Source: Eubacteriales bacterium | GTDB taxonomy: Bacteria > Bacillota > Clostridia > Christensenellales > CAG-138 | Assembly (NCBI GenBank): GCA_021373115.1 | Contig: JAJFTI010000002.1 | Coordinates: forward strand, 25,868-89,867 | Length of the DNA stretch: 64,000 bases | Direction: 5' to 3' | In this document: piece by piece, positions 1 through 9,219 of the stretch | Layout of the letters: each line of letters starts with the position of its first letter | Position numbering within the stretch: the stretch's first letter is position 1 | The notes under the pieces: model-generated | Databases searched by the model: none | What the model was told of the DNA's origin: nothing | Seen by the model: the letters and a program-made list of their open reading frames with translations, nothing else | Made by a program: the position numbers and the translations under genes

Positions 1-392
1 CTGCGTTTGTCAACGCGTTCGGGATCTATCTTTGCAAGCAGTTCTGCGACGAGATTCCGCGGGAACTGATGGAGAGCGCGAAGATAGACGGCGCGGGAAA
101 CTTCACCATCTACCGGAAGATCGTCTTGCCGCAGATCCGCCCCGCGCTTGGCGCGCTGGCAATCTTTACCTTTTTGGAGTATTGGAACGACTACCTGAAC
201 CCTCTGATCTATCTTTCCAGCACGAAAAACATGACGCTGCCGCTCGCGCTGAGCTATTTTTCCACACAGCATGCGACAAACCTTTCCGCAACGATGGCCG
301 CAGCGGCATTGATCATGGTGCCGACCGCGATCGTCTTCATCCTCTTCCAGAAGCAGTTTATCAAGGGGATCTCCATGACGGGGATGAAGTGA
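1..392 (+). CDS. Carbohydrate ABC transporter permease (MalG/CUT1-type), 3' part only; 5' end outside window
   Basis: The frame of track ORF 69..392 stays open to the window edge (..AFVNAFGIYLCKQFCDEIPRELMESAKIDGA..). The EAA-loop-like AKIDGAGNFTIYRKIVLPQIRPAL and the C-terminal FQKQFIKGISMTGMK resemble the paralogues at 5427..6275 and 29979..30821. Confidence 0.85.
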   Translation, partial: AFVNAFGIYLCKQFCDEIPRELMESAKIDGAGNFTIYRKIVLPQIRPALGALAIFTFLEYWNDYLNPLIYLSSTKNMTLPLALSYFSTQHATNLSATMAAAALIMVPTAIVFILFQKQFIKGISMTGMK

Positions 393-443
393 ACCCGGAT
401 TCGGCCGAATGGGACAAGGCGGAAAATAATAATGGGAACGTCA

Positions 444-470
444 AAGGAGCCGGTTTTTCACCGGCTCCTT
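444..470. terminator. Stem-loop between convergent genes (candidate bidirectional terminator)
   Basis: Perfect 10-bp stem AAGGAGCCGG/CCGGCTCCTT with a 7-nt loop. No clean U-tract, hence moderate confidence. Confidence 0.5.
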
Positions 471-528
471 CCGACTTTCCTGATTTGGATAAAAAGGAAT
501 GCGCAACAGAGGGAGCGCAGCCGCGCCA

Positions 529-1539
529 TCAGGCGGACTCCCGCACGACGTAGTGACAGGGAAACAGGATGCGGCGGGGCAGGGAATTGTCGCCGCCGAT
601 GCGGGAAAGCAGGATTTGACCCGCGGCTTCGCCCATCGCTTCGGTTGGAATTTCAATGGTGGTCAACGGCGGGTTTGCGTATTTTGACATCGCGATGTTC
701 GTCAGCCCGATGACGGCGACTTCCTCCGGGACGGACACGCCCATTGCGGACAATGCGCGCAGAGCCGCCATCGCCATCAGGTCGCTCGCGGCGACGAATG
801 AACGCGGAAGGCGATCCTTCCCCAAACCGGTGACAAGGCGCGAACAAAGCGCGTCGTTCCATTCGCAGTCGATCACCCAATCGTGATTCGGGTTCAGCCC
901 ACGCTCCTCAAGCGCGTTTGCATATGCGCGGTATCTGCGGCACTTGCGCATTTCCGTCTTCCCCTCCGGCCCGCCGATAAAGCCGATGTCCGTAAACCCT
1001 TTGCCTGCAAGATAGTCCACCGCCAAACGGGAAGCCTGCTCGTGGTCGAACTCGATGTTGTCGATTTCGGGATAGCCGGAGTCAATGCCGACAATGTGCC
1101 TGACCTTTGACTGCGCGTATCGGAACGTTGCTTCCCCCAGATGGGACATGACGATAAGCCCGTCCAGCGGATCGGCAAACGTGCGGATGAGCGTTTCGCT
1201 GTTCTCCAGCTCGTTCCATGTGCGGACAAACGAAATTTCCGACCTGTTTTCCGCGAGAAAACACTCGAGCCCGGATAACAGGGAGAGGTAATAGGGATCG
1301 GAATACTTACCGCCGCGCAGGTTGACAATGCAGCCGATCTTACGATACGCGGTTTCGCTTGCGGGGGGTATCCTGCGGTGATGCGAAATCGGCGCCTTGT
1401 AGTTTAAATCGGTAATCGCCTTCCAAACGCGTTCCCGCGTTTCGGTGGTCATCTTGTAGGTTGTATCGTTGTTTAGAACGCGGGAAACGGTCGCAATCGA
1501 CACGTTTGCCTGCCTGGCGACCTCTCGAATTGTGCTCAT
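529..1539 (-). CDS. LacI/GalR family transcriptional regulator
   Basis: N-terminal HTH MSTIREVARQANVSIATVSRVLNN followed by a sugar-binding-fold C-terminal part. Start moved from track 1590 to ATG 1539, which is preceded by AAAGGAAAG. Confidence 0.9.
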   Translation of the reverse strand: MSTIREVARQANVSIATVSRVLNNDTTYKMTTETRERVWKAITDLNYKAPISHHRRIPPASETAYRKIGCIVNLRGGKYSDPYYLSLLSGLECFLAENRSEISFVRTWNELENSETLIRTFADPLDGLIVMSHLGEATFRYAQSKVRHIVGIDSGYPEIDNIEFDHEQASRLAVDYLAGKGFTDIGFIGGPEGKTEMRKCRRYRAYANALEERGLNPNHDWVIDCEWNDALCSRLVTGLGKDRLPRSFVAASDLMAMAALRALSAMGVSVPEEVAVIGLTNIAMSKYANPPLTTIEIPTEAMGEAAGQILLSRIGGDNSLPRRILFPCHYVVRESA

Positions 1540-1606
1540 TTTGCTTTCCTTTGCAAAGAGTTTACGTAATTGAACGAAAAAACAGGGCAATTAACGTAAC
1601 AAAATC

Positions 1607-1670
1607 ATTATACTCGCTGTGAAAAAATCTGTCAATACCAATTGACAACGGTGCAAAACGCTGATAGAAT
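1607..1670. promoter_or_regulatory. Back-to-back divergent sigma-70-type promoters
   Basis: Plus strand: TTGACA (1642-1647), 17 nt, TAGAAT (1665-1670). Minus strand: TTGACA (complement of 1630-1635), 17 nt, TATAAT (complement of 1607-1612). The two -35 boxes form the inverted repeat TGTCAAT-acca-ATTGACA (1630-1647). Confidence 0.6.
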
Positions 1671-1750
1671 GCAACTAAACAAAAACGAAAAGCAACGTAA
1701 ATACAACGTAACATATCAATAGCTATTTTCACACGAATCGGGGAAACATC

Positions 1751-3016
1751 ATGAAATTTGCACTGATCGGCGCGGGAGAACGCGGGACCATCTACTCACA
1801 GTACGCACACGATGTCTGCGGGCACGAAATCATAGCGGTAGCCGACCGGAATCCGGTCAAGCGTGCGGCGGCGCAGGCAAGGTTTGGAATTCCGCAGGAT
1901 CGGTGCTTTGCGGAAGGGCGGGAACTGATCGAGACGATTCCTCCGGCCGATGCATTGATCATCGCCTCCCTGGATCGCGAGCACTATGCGCACACGATGG
2001 CGGCGCTGGAGCGCGGCTGGAATATACTGCTGGAAAAGCCGATCTCGCCGGACGCGCGGGAGTGCATCGCAATCCGTGACAAAGCGCAGGAAAAGGGCTG
2101 CAAGATCACCATTTGCCATGTGCTGCGCTATGCGCCGCTGTTTGTCGCGCTGAAGGAGATGATTGCGGGCGGAAAACTCGGCAAGGTGGTCGCGATCGAC
2201 CTGACCGAGAACGTTGGAAACTTCCACATGGCGCATAGCTTTGTTCGAGGAAATTTCAGAAACAGCGGCATCACAAGCCCGATGATCATGCAGAAGAGCT
2301 GCCATGACATGGATATGCTGCTCTGGCTTACGGGGAGCCACGCAAAAAGCATTTCGTCGGTGGGGAGCCTGTCCTATTTTAAGCCGTCCAATGCCCCTGC
2401 GGGCAGTGCGGAGCGCTGCCTGGACTGCTCCGTCGCGCAGAGCTGCCGGTTTGACGCCAGAAAAGCGTATATGCCCAGCATGGGGGATTGGCCCGCGAGG
2501 ATGCTTACGCCCGACCAGACAAAGGAAGGCCTGTATCAGGCTTTTCGGGAAGGGCCTTACGGCAGATGCGTCTTCCACTGCGACAACGACGTTTGCGATC
2601 ACCAGAGCACGGCGATCGAGTTTGAAAACAGCGTTACCGCTACCTTTACGCTAAGCGGCATGACGAACATCATGCACCGTACGATCCACGTGATGTGTGA
2701 GGACGGGGAGATCTTCGGAGATGACGACAAAGGCGAATTGCGCGTGGCGAACTTTCGTTCCAACCAGTCGGATCCTTTCACGGAACAGACGATTCACATT
2801 GGAACGGTGCTTGGAAACCACGGCGGCGGGGATGTCGGGCTGATGAATGACTTTATCGCGTCGCTGAAACCCGCGTACGACGGGGAATGCCGCTCATCGA
2901 TTCGAAAATCGGTCGAGAGCCACCTGATGGCATGCGCCGCCGAGGAGTCCAGAATATCCGGCAAAACCATCCACCTGGATGCGTTTGAACAAACGCTGAA
3001 AAACGCAAAAGAGTAG
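1751..3016 (+). CDS. Gfo/Idh/MocA family NAD(P)-dependent oxidoreductase
   Basis: N-terminal Rossmann start MKFALIGAGERGTIY..IIAVADRNP and EKPI motif (LLEKPISP). 421 aa with a Cys-rich stretch CLDCSVAQSC. First gene after the plus-strand promoter. Confidence 0.85.
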   Translation: MKFALIGAGERGTIYSQYAHDVCGHEIIAVADRNPVKRAAAQARFGIPQDRCFAEGRELIETIPPADALIIASLDREHYAHTMAALERGWNILLEKPISPDARECIAIRDKAQEKGCKITICHVLRYAPLFVALKEMIAGGKLGKVVAIDLTENVGNFHMAHSFVRGNFRNSGITSPMIMQKSCHDMDMLLWLTGSHAKSISSVGSLSYFKPSNAPAGSAERCLDCSVAQSCRFDARKAYMPSMGDWPARMLTPDQTKEGLYQAFREGPYGRCVFHCDNDVCDHQSTAIEFENSVTATFTLSGMTNIMHRTIHVMCEDGEIFGDDDKGELRVANFRSNQSDPFTEQTIHIGTVLGNHGGGDVGLMNDFIASLKPAYDGECRSSIRKSVESHLMACAAEESRISGKTIHLDAFEQTLKNAKE

Positions 3017-3125
3017 GTCGGATCTGAACTTCGGCGATACGATTTCGAGGAACCGGCAATACAGGAAGAGGATTTGAATTTCGGTGGAAGCACCGGGAAA
3101 AATAGGTAATTTAAGGAGGAAACAG

Positions 3126-4433
3126 ATGAAAAAGTCCATTGTGTTCATTCTTGCTGCGATGATGGTGTGCTCGTGCCTCTTCGCGGGCTGCGCCGTGCCA
3201 GGCAACACAAGCACCGATACGGCAACGCAAAGCGAACCCGCCGCGCCGGAAGCCACGGCAACGGCTCAGACCCCGGCGGAACCGGTTGAAATTCATTACG
3301 CATACTGGGCGTCGCCCATGGACGCATTCTATGCCGAATGCAAGACGGCGTTTGAAGCGAGCCATCCCAACATCAAGATCATACTTGAACCCACCGCGTG
3401 GACCGAGTATTGGACCAAGCTCGAAACCGCAACGACGGGCGGAAGCGTTGCGGACGTGTTCCACATGAACGGCGTCAACATCCTCAAGTATGCCGATGGC
3501 GGCGTATTGCTTCCCCTGAACGACTATATCGGCAATTCGAGCGTGGATTTAAACAACTACCCGAAAGCGATGAACGACATGTACAACTATAAAGGTACGC
3601 AGTTCGGCATCGCGATGGACTACGACACGATCGGGCTTTGGTATAACAAAACACTCTTTGACCAGGCCGGCATCGCCTACCCGACCAGTGATTGGACCTG
3701 GGACGATCTAACGGAGGCCGCAGCCGCAATCACCGCTCTGGGCAATGATATTTACGGCATTGCCGCGGGATTTGAGGAGCAGGCGGGATTCTATAACACC
3801 GTCTTCGCAAACGGCGGCTGGCTCGTCAATGGCGATACGTTCGGTTTTGACGATCCCAACACGCGCGCGGGCATCCAGTGCTGGGTCGATCTGATGAAGG
3901 CCGGCTACTCGCCCTCCGAGGCTTCTCTGGAAGAAAACGCAAGCTACCTGCAGTTTATGGCGGGCAAACTCGGCATGATCTTCTCCGGTGACTGGATGGC
4001 GGCATACTACAGCTCCGCGGATTCCACCGTTGCAGCCGTTTGCGACGTTGCCGAACTGCCGCTGATGAGCAACGGCGCGCGCGCCTCCGTGATCCACGGC
4101 AAGGCGAACTGCATCTCCGCCTCCTCCGCGCATCCCGATGAAGCATGGGCATGGGTCGAGTATTTGGCGGGCGCGGAAGCAAACAAGCGTCTGGGCGAGA
4201 TGGGCATCGCGATCCCGTCCTACATGGAGTATTCCTCTCTCTTCTTTGCTTCGTATCCGCAGTATAATATGAGCATATACAGCAAAGCCGCAGAGGAGTA
4301 TTCCTATACCTATCCGGCGTCCCTGGCAAGACCGGACTGGATGGATATCGTCCGGACCGAGCTTCAGAAGGCATTCAGCCTCCAAGTGACGGTGGATCAG
4401 GCATGCGACGCCATTATGGACCAACTGGGCTAA
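3126..4433 (+). CDS. Sugar ABC transporter substrate-binding lipoprotein (CUT1 type)
   Basis: AAGGAGG RBS before ATG 3126. Signal peptide plus lipobox MKKSIVFILAAMMVCSCLFAGC, a low-complexity linker, then a family-1 solute-binding-protein-like body. Track ORF start 3084 rejected. Confidence 0.9.
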   Translation: MKKSIVFILAAMMVCSCLFAGCAVPGNTSTDTATQSEPAAPEATATAQTPAEPVEIHYAYWASPMDAFYAECKTAFEASHPNIKIILEPTAWTEYWTKLETATTGGSVADVFHMNGVNILKYADGGVLLPLNDYIGNSSVDLNNYPKAMNDMYNYKGTQFGIAMDYDTIGLWYNKTLFDQAGIAYPTSDWTWDDLTEAAAAITALGNDIYGIAAGFEEQAGFYNTVFANGGWLVNGDTFGFDDPNTRAGIQCWVDLMKAGYSPSEASLEENASYLQFMAGKLGMIFSGDWMAAYYSSADSTVAAVCDVAELPLMSNGARASVIHGKANCISASSAHPDEAWAWVEYLAGAEANKRLGEMGIAIPSYMEYSSLFFASYPQYNMSIYSKAAEEYSYTYPASLARPDWMDIVRTELQKAFSLQVTVDQACDAIMDQLG

Positions 4434-4447
4434 GGAAAACCTGGTGT

Positions 4448-4478
4448 TTCGGCGGGCCGGTAATCCCGGCTCGCCGAA
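4448..4478 (+). promoter_or_regulatory. Intercistronic stem-loop just after the binding-protein gene
   Basis: TTCGGCGGGCCGG-taatc-CCGGCTCGCCGAA gives about 13 bp including one G-U pair, with no U-tract. Same position as the hairpins after the other binding-protein genes (29019, 47407). Confidence 0.5.
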
Positions 4479-4515
4479 CACGCGCACGGAATCATACAGG
4501 GGGATGAGGTTCGTC

Positions 4516-5415
4516 ATGCGAAAGAAAGGGCACAATACCCAAAAGCGGAAGGATATGGCGTGGGGTTACGGTATGATTTTACCGCTTTTTCTGGGTCTTG
4601 CGGTATTCTACTTTTACCCTGTCGTCAAAGTGATCTACGACAGTTTTTTCAATGTCGGCGCGTTTGACAAGCGAACCTTCGCGGGGCTTGAAAACTACAA
4701 GAACATGATTGCCGACGCAGCGATGTGGAAAAGCCTTGGGAATACGTTCCTGTATGTGGCGCTGATCGTCCCGTTTACGGTGATATTGGCGCTGATCCTG
4801 GCGGAGCTGCTCAATCAGAAGATGAAGGGCCGCGACGTCTTTCGCGTCATCTACTTTATTCCAACCGTTACGATGACCGTTGCCATAGCAATGATGTGGC
4901 GCTGGATCTTCAACGGAGACTTCGGGATATTAAATCACATTGTCGGCTGGTTTGGCGGCTCTTCGCACTACTGGCTCAGCGAAAAGCCCATTGCGCTCAT
5001 CTGCGTCGGCGTTGTTTCCGTCTGGATGGGCGTCGGGTTGAATATGATTATCCTCCTGGCGGGGATTCAGGGTATATCCGCTTCCTACTACGAGGCGGCG
5101 AAGATTGACGGCGCATCCCCGGTGAGAAGATTTTTTTCGATCACGGTACCGCTGATCACCCCTTCTCTCTTCTTTGTCTTAACGACAACCTTGATTTCAA
5201 CGCTCCAGATTTTTGACGTGATCTATATGATGATTGCGCCCAAGAGCACGGCGCTTGTCGATACCCAGAGCGTTGTAATGTACTTCTTCCGAAACGCGTT
5301 CGAGTATTCCAAAAAGGGATACGCGTCCGCAATTGCGGTGCTGCTGTTTGTGATCATTATGGCTATTACCGCATTGCAGATGAAACTGCAGCGTAAGTGG
5401 GTGAATTATGACTGA
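4516..5415 (+). CDS. Sugar ABC transporter permease (MalF-like)
   Basis: Six-TM permease with EAA loop YEAAKIDGASPVRRFFSITVPLITP. Start ATG 4516 (alternative 4504) follows GGGGGATGAGG. Confidence 0.85.
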   Translation: MRKKGHNTQKRKDMAWGYGMILPLFLGLAVFYFYPVVKVIYDSFFNVGAFDKRTFAGLENYKNMIADAAMWKSLGNTFLYVALIVPFTVILALILAELLNQKMKGRDVFRVIYFIPTVTMTVAIAMMWRWIFNGDFGILNHIVGWFGGSSHYWLSEKPIALICVGVVSVWMGVGLNMIILLAGIQGISASYYEAAKIDGASPVRRFFSITVPLITPSLFFVLTTTLISTLQIFDVIYMMIAPKSTALVDTQSVVMYFFRNAFEYSKKGYASAIAVLLFVIIMAITALQMKLQRKWVNYD

Positions 5416-5426
5416 GAGGAGAGCAC

Positions 5427-6275
5427 ATGTCGCACACGATGATTCAAAATAGAAAAAAGAAGATCGGCGTCTGGAAAATCGTGGTGTATACGATACTGAT
5501 TGCGGGCGGCATCCTGACGCTTGCGCCATTTCTCTGGATGCTGCTGACGTCGTTTAAAACGCAGGTTGACGCTGTCGCAATCCCGCCAACCATCTTGCCC
5601 AAGCGCTGGGTCGTCGATACCTATACGACCCTGAAGGATAAAATCCCGTTTGCAAAGATGTATTGGAACACCGTTTTAACCTCGTTTATCACGGTTGCGG
5701 GGCAGTTACTGCTTTGTTCGCTCGCAGGGTATGCCTTCGGGCGGATTAAATTTCCCGGGCGCAACTTCCTGTTTGTGCTGTGCCTTTCGGTGCTCATGGT
5801 TCCGACATCCTTCTACATTCTGCCGCAATACATCATCATCAAGAACCTTAACCTGCTCAACACGATCCATGCGATTTATCTGCCTTGCCTCTTTTCGGCC
5901 TTCGGAACCTTCCTGATGCGGCAGTTCTTCATGTCGCTGCCCAAGGAGCTTGAGGAAGCAGCCAGGATCGACGGATGCGGCCACGGAGGCATCTTTCTTC
6001 GAATCATGCTGCCGCTCGTCAAGCCCGGGCTGGTATCGCTCGGCATTCTGACGCTTCGTTTTTCCTGGAACAACCTTATGTGGCCTTTGATCGTTAATAC
6101 GTCTACAACAAAGATGACGTTGACTGCCGGACTCAGCTATCTGCAGGGGCAGTATCTTGCGGACTATCCGTCCATCATGGCGGGCGCCGTGCTTTCCATC
6201 ATTCCCCTGATCGTACTGTTTGCAGTTTTTCAAAAGCAGTTTATTGAGGGAATTGCGCTTACGGGGATCAAATAA
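5427..6275 (+). CDS. Sugar ABC transporter permease (MalG-like)
   Basis: EAA loop EEAARIDGCGHGGIFLRIMLPLVKP and C-terminal FQKQFIEGIALTGIK. GAGAGGAGAG RBS. Confidence 0.9.
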   Translation: MSHTMIQNRKKKIGVWKIVVYTILIAGGILTLAPFLWMLLTSFKTQVDAVAIPPTILPKRWVVDTYTTLKDKIPFAKMYWNTVLTSFITVAGQLLLCSLAGYAFGRIKFPGRNFLFVLCLSVLMVPTSFYILPQYIIIKNLNLLNTIHAIYLPCLFSAFGTFLMRQFFMSLPKELEEAARIDGCGHGGIFLRIMLPLVKPGLVSLGILTLRFSWNNLMWPLIVNTSTTKMTLTAGLSYLQGQYLADYPSIMAGAVLSIIPLIVLFAVFQKQFIEGIALTGIK

Positions 6276-6301
6276 AGCCCCGTCAGCCGGGAGGAAAAGG
6301 G

Positions 6302-7489
6302 ATGAAAACGATTCTTCATCATGCAAACGTTGTTTTGCTCGACCGGATTTTATATGACGGCGGCGCGGAGATAACGGATGATACAATTACGGGCGTCTTC
6401 CGGGAAGAGGACATGCCCAAAGATGCTGCCGCGGAGTATATCGACTGCGGTCTGCAGTATCTATCCCCCGGGTTTATCGACCTGCATCTGCACGGCGGCG
6501 GCGGGGCGGATTTTATGGATGGGGATGAACGGGCGGTACAAACGGTGCTTGGGGTGCATGCGCGGCACGGTACGACCTCCTTTTTGCCGACTACCCTCAG
6601 CGCCTCGCAGGAGGGTGTGATCAAAGCCCTCCGCGCAATCGAGAAGGCTCAGCTTGAGCGATCGGCGGGGCCGAAAATATTAGGCGCGCATTTGGAGGGG
6701 AACTTCATATCCATGCGCCAGAAGGGCGCGCAGGATTCCGCATATATCTACCCGCCGCTCAAAGAAAATTACGAACCGATCGTATCCTCTGTCGGCAACA
6801 TCCGCATGGTTTCCTGCGCGCCGGAGACGGAAGGGGCTTGCGCCTTCAGCGAATTGATGAGAAAACGCGGCATTGTAATGTCCGTTGCCCATTCGGATGC
6901 GAACTATGAGGAGTTCATGCGTGGATTCGAGAGCGGGTTTTCGCATGTTACGCATGTTTACAACGGCAACTCCTGGCTGCACAGCCCGTATTATTATTGC
7001 CAGATTGGCGTTTGCGAGGCGGCCTTGCTGGAAAAAGACTGCTATGTGGAGGTTATTGCGGACGGAAAGCACTTGCCCTGGCAATTATTGAAGCTGATAT
7101 ACCAAATCAAGGGCGCGGACCGCGTCAATTTGTGTACGGACGCAATGTGTGCGGCGTGCATGCCGGAAGGGGCGGGCTATAAGCTCGGCGCGCTGGACGT
7201 GATCATCGAAGACGGCGTTGCGGTGCTGAAAGACCGCAGCTCGTTTGCAGGAAGCGTCTGCACAAGCGATCATGCCGTTCGAACGATGTATCGCGAAGCG
7301 GGGGTGCCGTTACAGGATGCGGTCAAGATGATGAGCGCGACGCCCGCGCGCATCCTTGGCGAGTTTGAACGGATCGGATCAATTGCAGTCGGGAAAAAAG
7401 CGGATATGGTTCTGTTTGATGAGGAAATCAACGTTCACGATATTTGGATTGATGGCGCCCGGTATTTGCCGGGTGAGATCAAAGTGTAA
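6302..7489 (+). CDS. nagA: N-acetylglucosamine-6-phosphate deacetylase family amidohydrolase (NagA-like)
   Basis: FIDLHLHGGGGADFMDG, HLEGNFIS..QKGAQ and a downstream CTDAM block match NagA-family signatures. GGGAGG RBS. Confidence 0.8.
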   Translation: MKTILHHANVVLLDRILYDGGAEITDDTITGVFREEDMPKDAAAEYIDCGLQYLSPGFIDLHLHGGGGADFMDGDERAVQTVLGVHARHGTTSFLPTTLSASQEGVIKALRAIEKAQLERSAGPKILGAHLEGNFISMRQKGAQDSAYIYPPLKENYEPIVSSVGNIRMVSCAPETEGACAFSELMRKRGIVMSVAHSDANYEEFMRGFESGFSHVTHVYNGNSWLHSPYYYCQIGVCEAALLEKDCYVEVIADGKHLPWQLLKLIYQIKGADRVNLCTDAMCAACMPEGAGYKLGALDVIIEDGVAVLKDRSSFAGSVCTSDHAVRTMYREAGVPLQDAVKMMSATPARILGEFERIGSIAVGKKADMVLFDEEINVHDIWIDGARYLPGEIKV

Positions 7490-7629
7490 AGCCGATGGAA
7501 ACAGGAATTCGGATTGGAGCAAAACACGTCGTCTAGCGGCACCCCTGCCGGAAACGTATGCCGGCCCTAAGTCCGAAGGACGAGGGGCTGAGAGCGATTA
7601 TCCCGTCGAAAAATCAGTTTTAATGATGA

Positions 7630-7655
7630 AAGAGCTCATCGGACGATGAGCTCTT
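7630..7655. terminator. Bidirectional rho-independent terminator
   Basis: Perfect 11-bp stem AAGAGCTCATC/GATGAGCTCTT with loop GGAC, flanked by an A-run and a T-rich run. Sits between convergent genes ending at 7489 and 7711. Confidence 0.7.
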
Positions 7656-7710
7656 GTTCTATGTCGAGAATTCTCGAAGGGATACAATTTCGTAAAGCAC
7701 GGGAAGAGGT

Positions 7711-9099
7711 TCAGCGCGATTCCGCCGGAATATCCTTTTCGAAATGCCCTCCGTAGAGCGCAGCGTCGGTATTCAGCTGCGGAAAAACTTTGTACATCAG
7801 GCGGGCGAGACGCTGAATTTGCTTGATATCCTTTTTTCGAAACGGATAGCGGTACGTGCCGGAGAGGACTTCCCGGTTCAGCTTGACGAGGTCGAGCAGA
7901 CGGAAATCCTCCACGGATTTTCCCGTGTTGTTCTGCGCATACGCAAAATAGGGCATCATCTGCAGGCTCGTGATTCGCGTGACTTCGCGGCCGCCGACCT
8001 TTCCTTTCGAAATTCGGACTTTGGCGAGGTTACCGAGCAGGGAATTCATGTCGTAGGAAAGGCAGGGCATTAAATCGCCGAGAGCGTAAAGGATCAGCCC
8101 TTCCTTCTCCTCGCCGGAGAACGGGTCGGTAAAACGATACCGCTCGGCCGGTTGGATCGTATGCGCGTGGTTGCCCAGAATGAAGTCCACGCCGCATTCC
8201 TCCATGATCCGGTGCCCCATATCGATGCCGATCTGCAGAGGAAACGATTCGTATTCCATGCCCCAGTGCAGGCTGGCGACGACGATATCCGCTCCGCGTT
8301 CACGCGCCAGACGCACATGTTCATGAACCATGGAGAGATCCGTCCCTTCCCGGTTCAGGCGGATATAGTTGACCAGAAAGCTCTTTTCCGCAGGCGGCTC
8401 CTTGCCGTTGACGGCGTAGGTATACGCGAGCATCGCAATTTTCACGCCGTTGATCTCCACAAGCGGAAAATCGTCCCGCTCCTGCGCGGATTTTGCGGTG
8501 CCGACATGGCCGCAACTTTGAGAATTGAGGAAGTCGATCGTCGCAAACAGGCCGTCCTCGCCCTGGTCGAGCGCGTGGTTGTTGCCGGTGGAGAGGAAGT
8601 TCGGGCCTTTGCCGCCGTTCACGATATGCGCAAACATCTCCGGTGTGTTGTTGAGGTTTGCGGTGGTAAAGATGTTACCGAGGAACCCTGCCGGGCGGCC
8701 GGGTACGAGCGGCGTTTCCAGATTGGCAAAGCGAAGATCCGCCTCCGCGTAAAATGCTTCCACATCGCCCCAGAGGTGCTTCGTATTTTCCGGCGTAAGC
8801 AGACCGGTAGTGAGCAGATCCCCTGCGGCGCAGAGCGTCACGGCGGTCGTTTCCATAAAACCTTCGTCGGTAAAGTCCAGATTTTGTTCGGCAAAATATT
8901 CTTCAATATGTTTACCGTATTCTCCGACTTCGATTTCCCGAACAAGGTATTTATAGCCATACCAGATCTTTTCTTCCAGGTTCATGTAGGTGAAATTGTC
9001 CTCGAAAATCTGCGGATAACGGTACTTTCTGCCTTTGAAAAAGCCGACAATGCGGCAGAAGAGCTTAAAAAGCGAAACGACGAATTCCATAAGATGCAT
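7711..9099 (-). CDS. CapA/PGA_cap family metallophosphatase-like protein
   Basis: NLETPL, GNNHALDQGEDG, ASLHWGMEY and LGNHAHT blocks are typical of the CapA family. Start is ambiguous (ATG 9099 or 9090; AAAGGAG lies 3 or 12 nt upstream). Track start 9186 rejected. Confidence 0.75.
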   Translation of the reverse strand: MHLMEFVVSLFKLFCRIVGFFKGRKYRYPQIFEDNFTYMNLEEKIWYGYKYLVREIEVGEYGKHIEEYFAEQNLDFTDEGFMETTAVTLCAAGDLLTTGLLTPENTKHLWGDVEAFYAEADLRFANLETPLVPGRPAGFLGNIFTTANLNNTPEMFAHIVNGGKGPNFLSTGNNHALDQGEDGLFATIDFLNSQSCGHVGTAKSAQERDDFPLVEINGVKIAMLAYTYAVNGKEPPAEKSFLVNYIRLNREGTDLSMVHEHVRLARERGADIVVASLHWGMEYESFPLQIGIDMGHRIMEECGVDFILGNHAHTIQPAERYRFTDPFSGEEKEGLILYALGDLMPCLSYDMNSLLGNLAKVRISKGKVGGREVTRITSLQMMPYFAYAQNNTGKSVEDFRLLDLVKLNREVLSGTYRYPFRKKDIKQIQRLARLMYKVFPQLNTDAALYGGHFEKDIPAESR

Positions 9100-9219
9100 A
9101 CGCTCCTTTTGCAGTCGTGCGGCGGGAAAAAGCCGGTTTGCCGCCGGTTTGTTCGTTTCCGCGCATACACGCGAAGACCGGCGCATCCGCTTTCCGCGGG
9201 CGCGCCGGCTGAAATCGCG

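Noticed and set aside
3084-3125. Upstream extensions of many track ORFs (for example 3084, 4444, 10483, 13016, 15630, 15944, 37364, 38777, 39448, 42485, 47413, 53953, 56112, 57541, 59488)
   Set aside because: The extensions lack RBSs and encode non-homologous, often Arg-rich leaders. In each case an internal ATG preceded by a GGAGG-type site coincides with the expected family N-terminus or signal peptide. The downstream starts were used.
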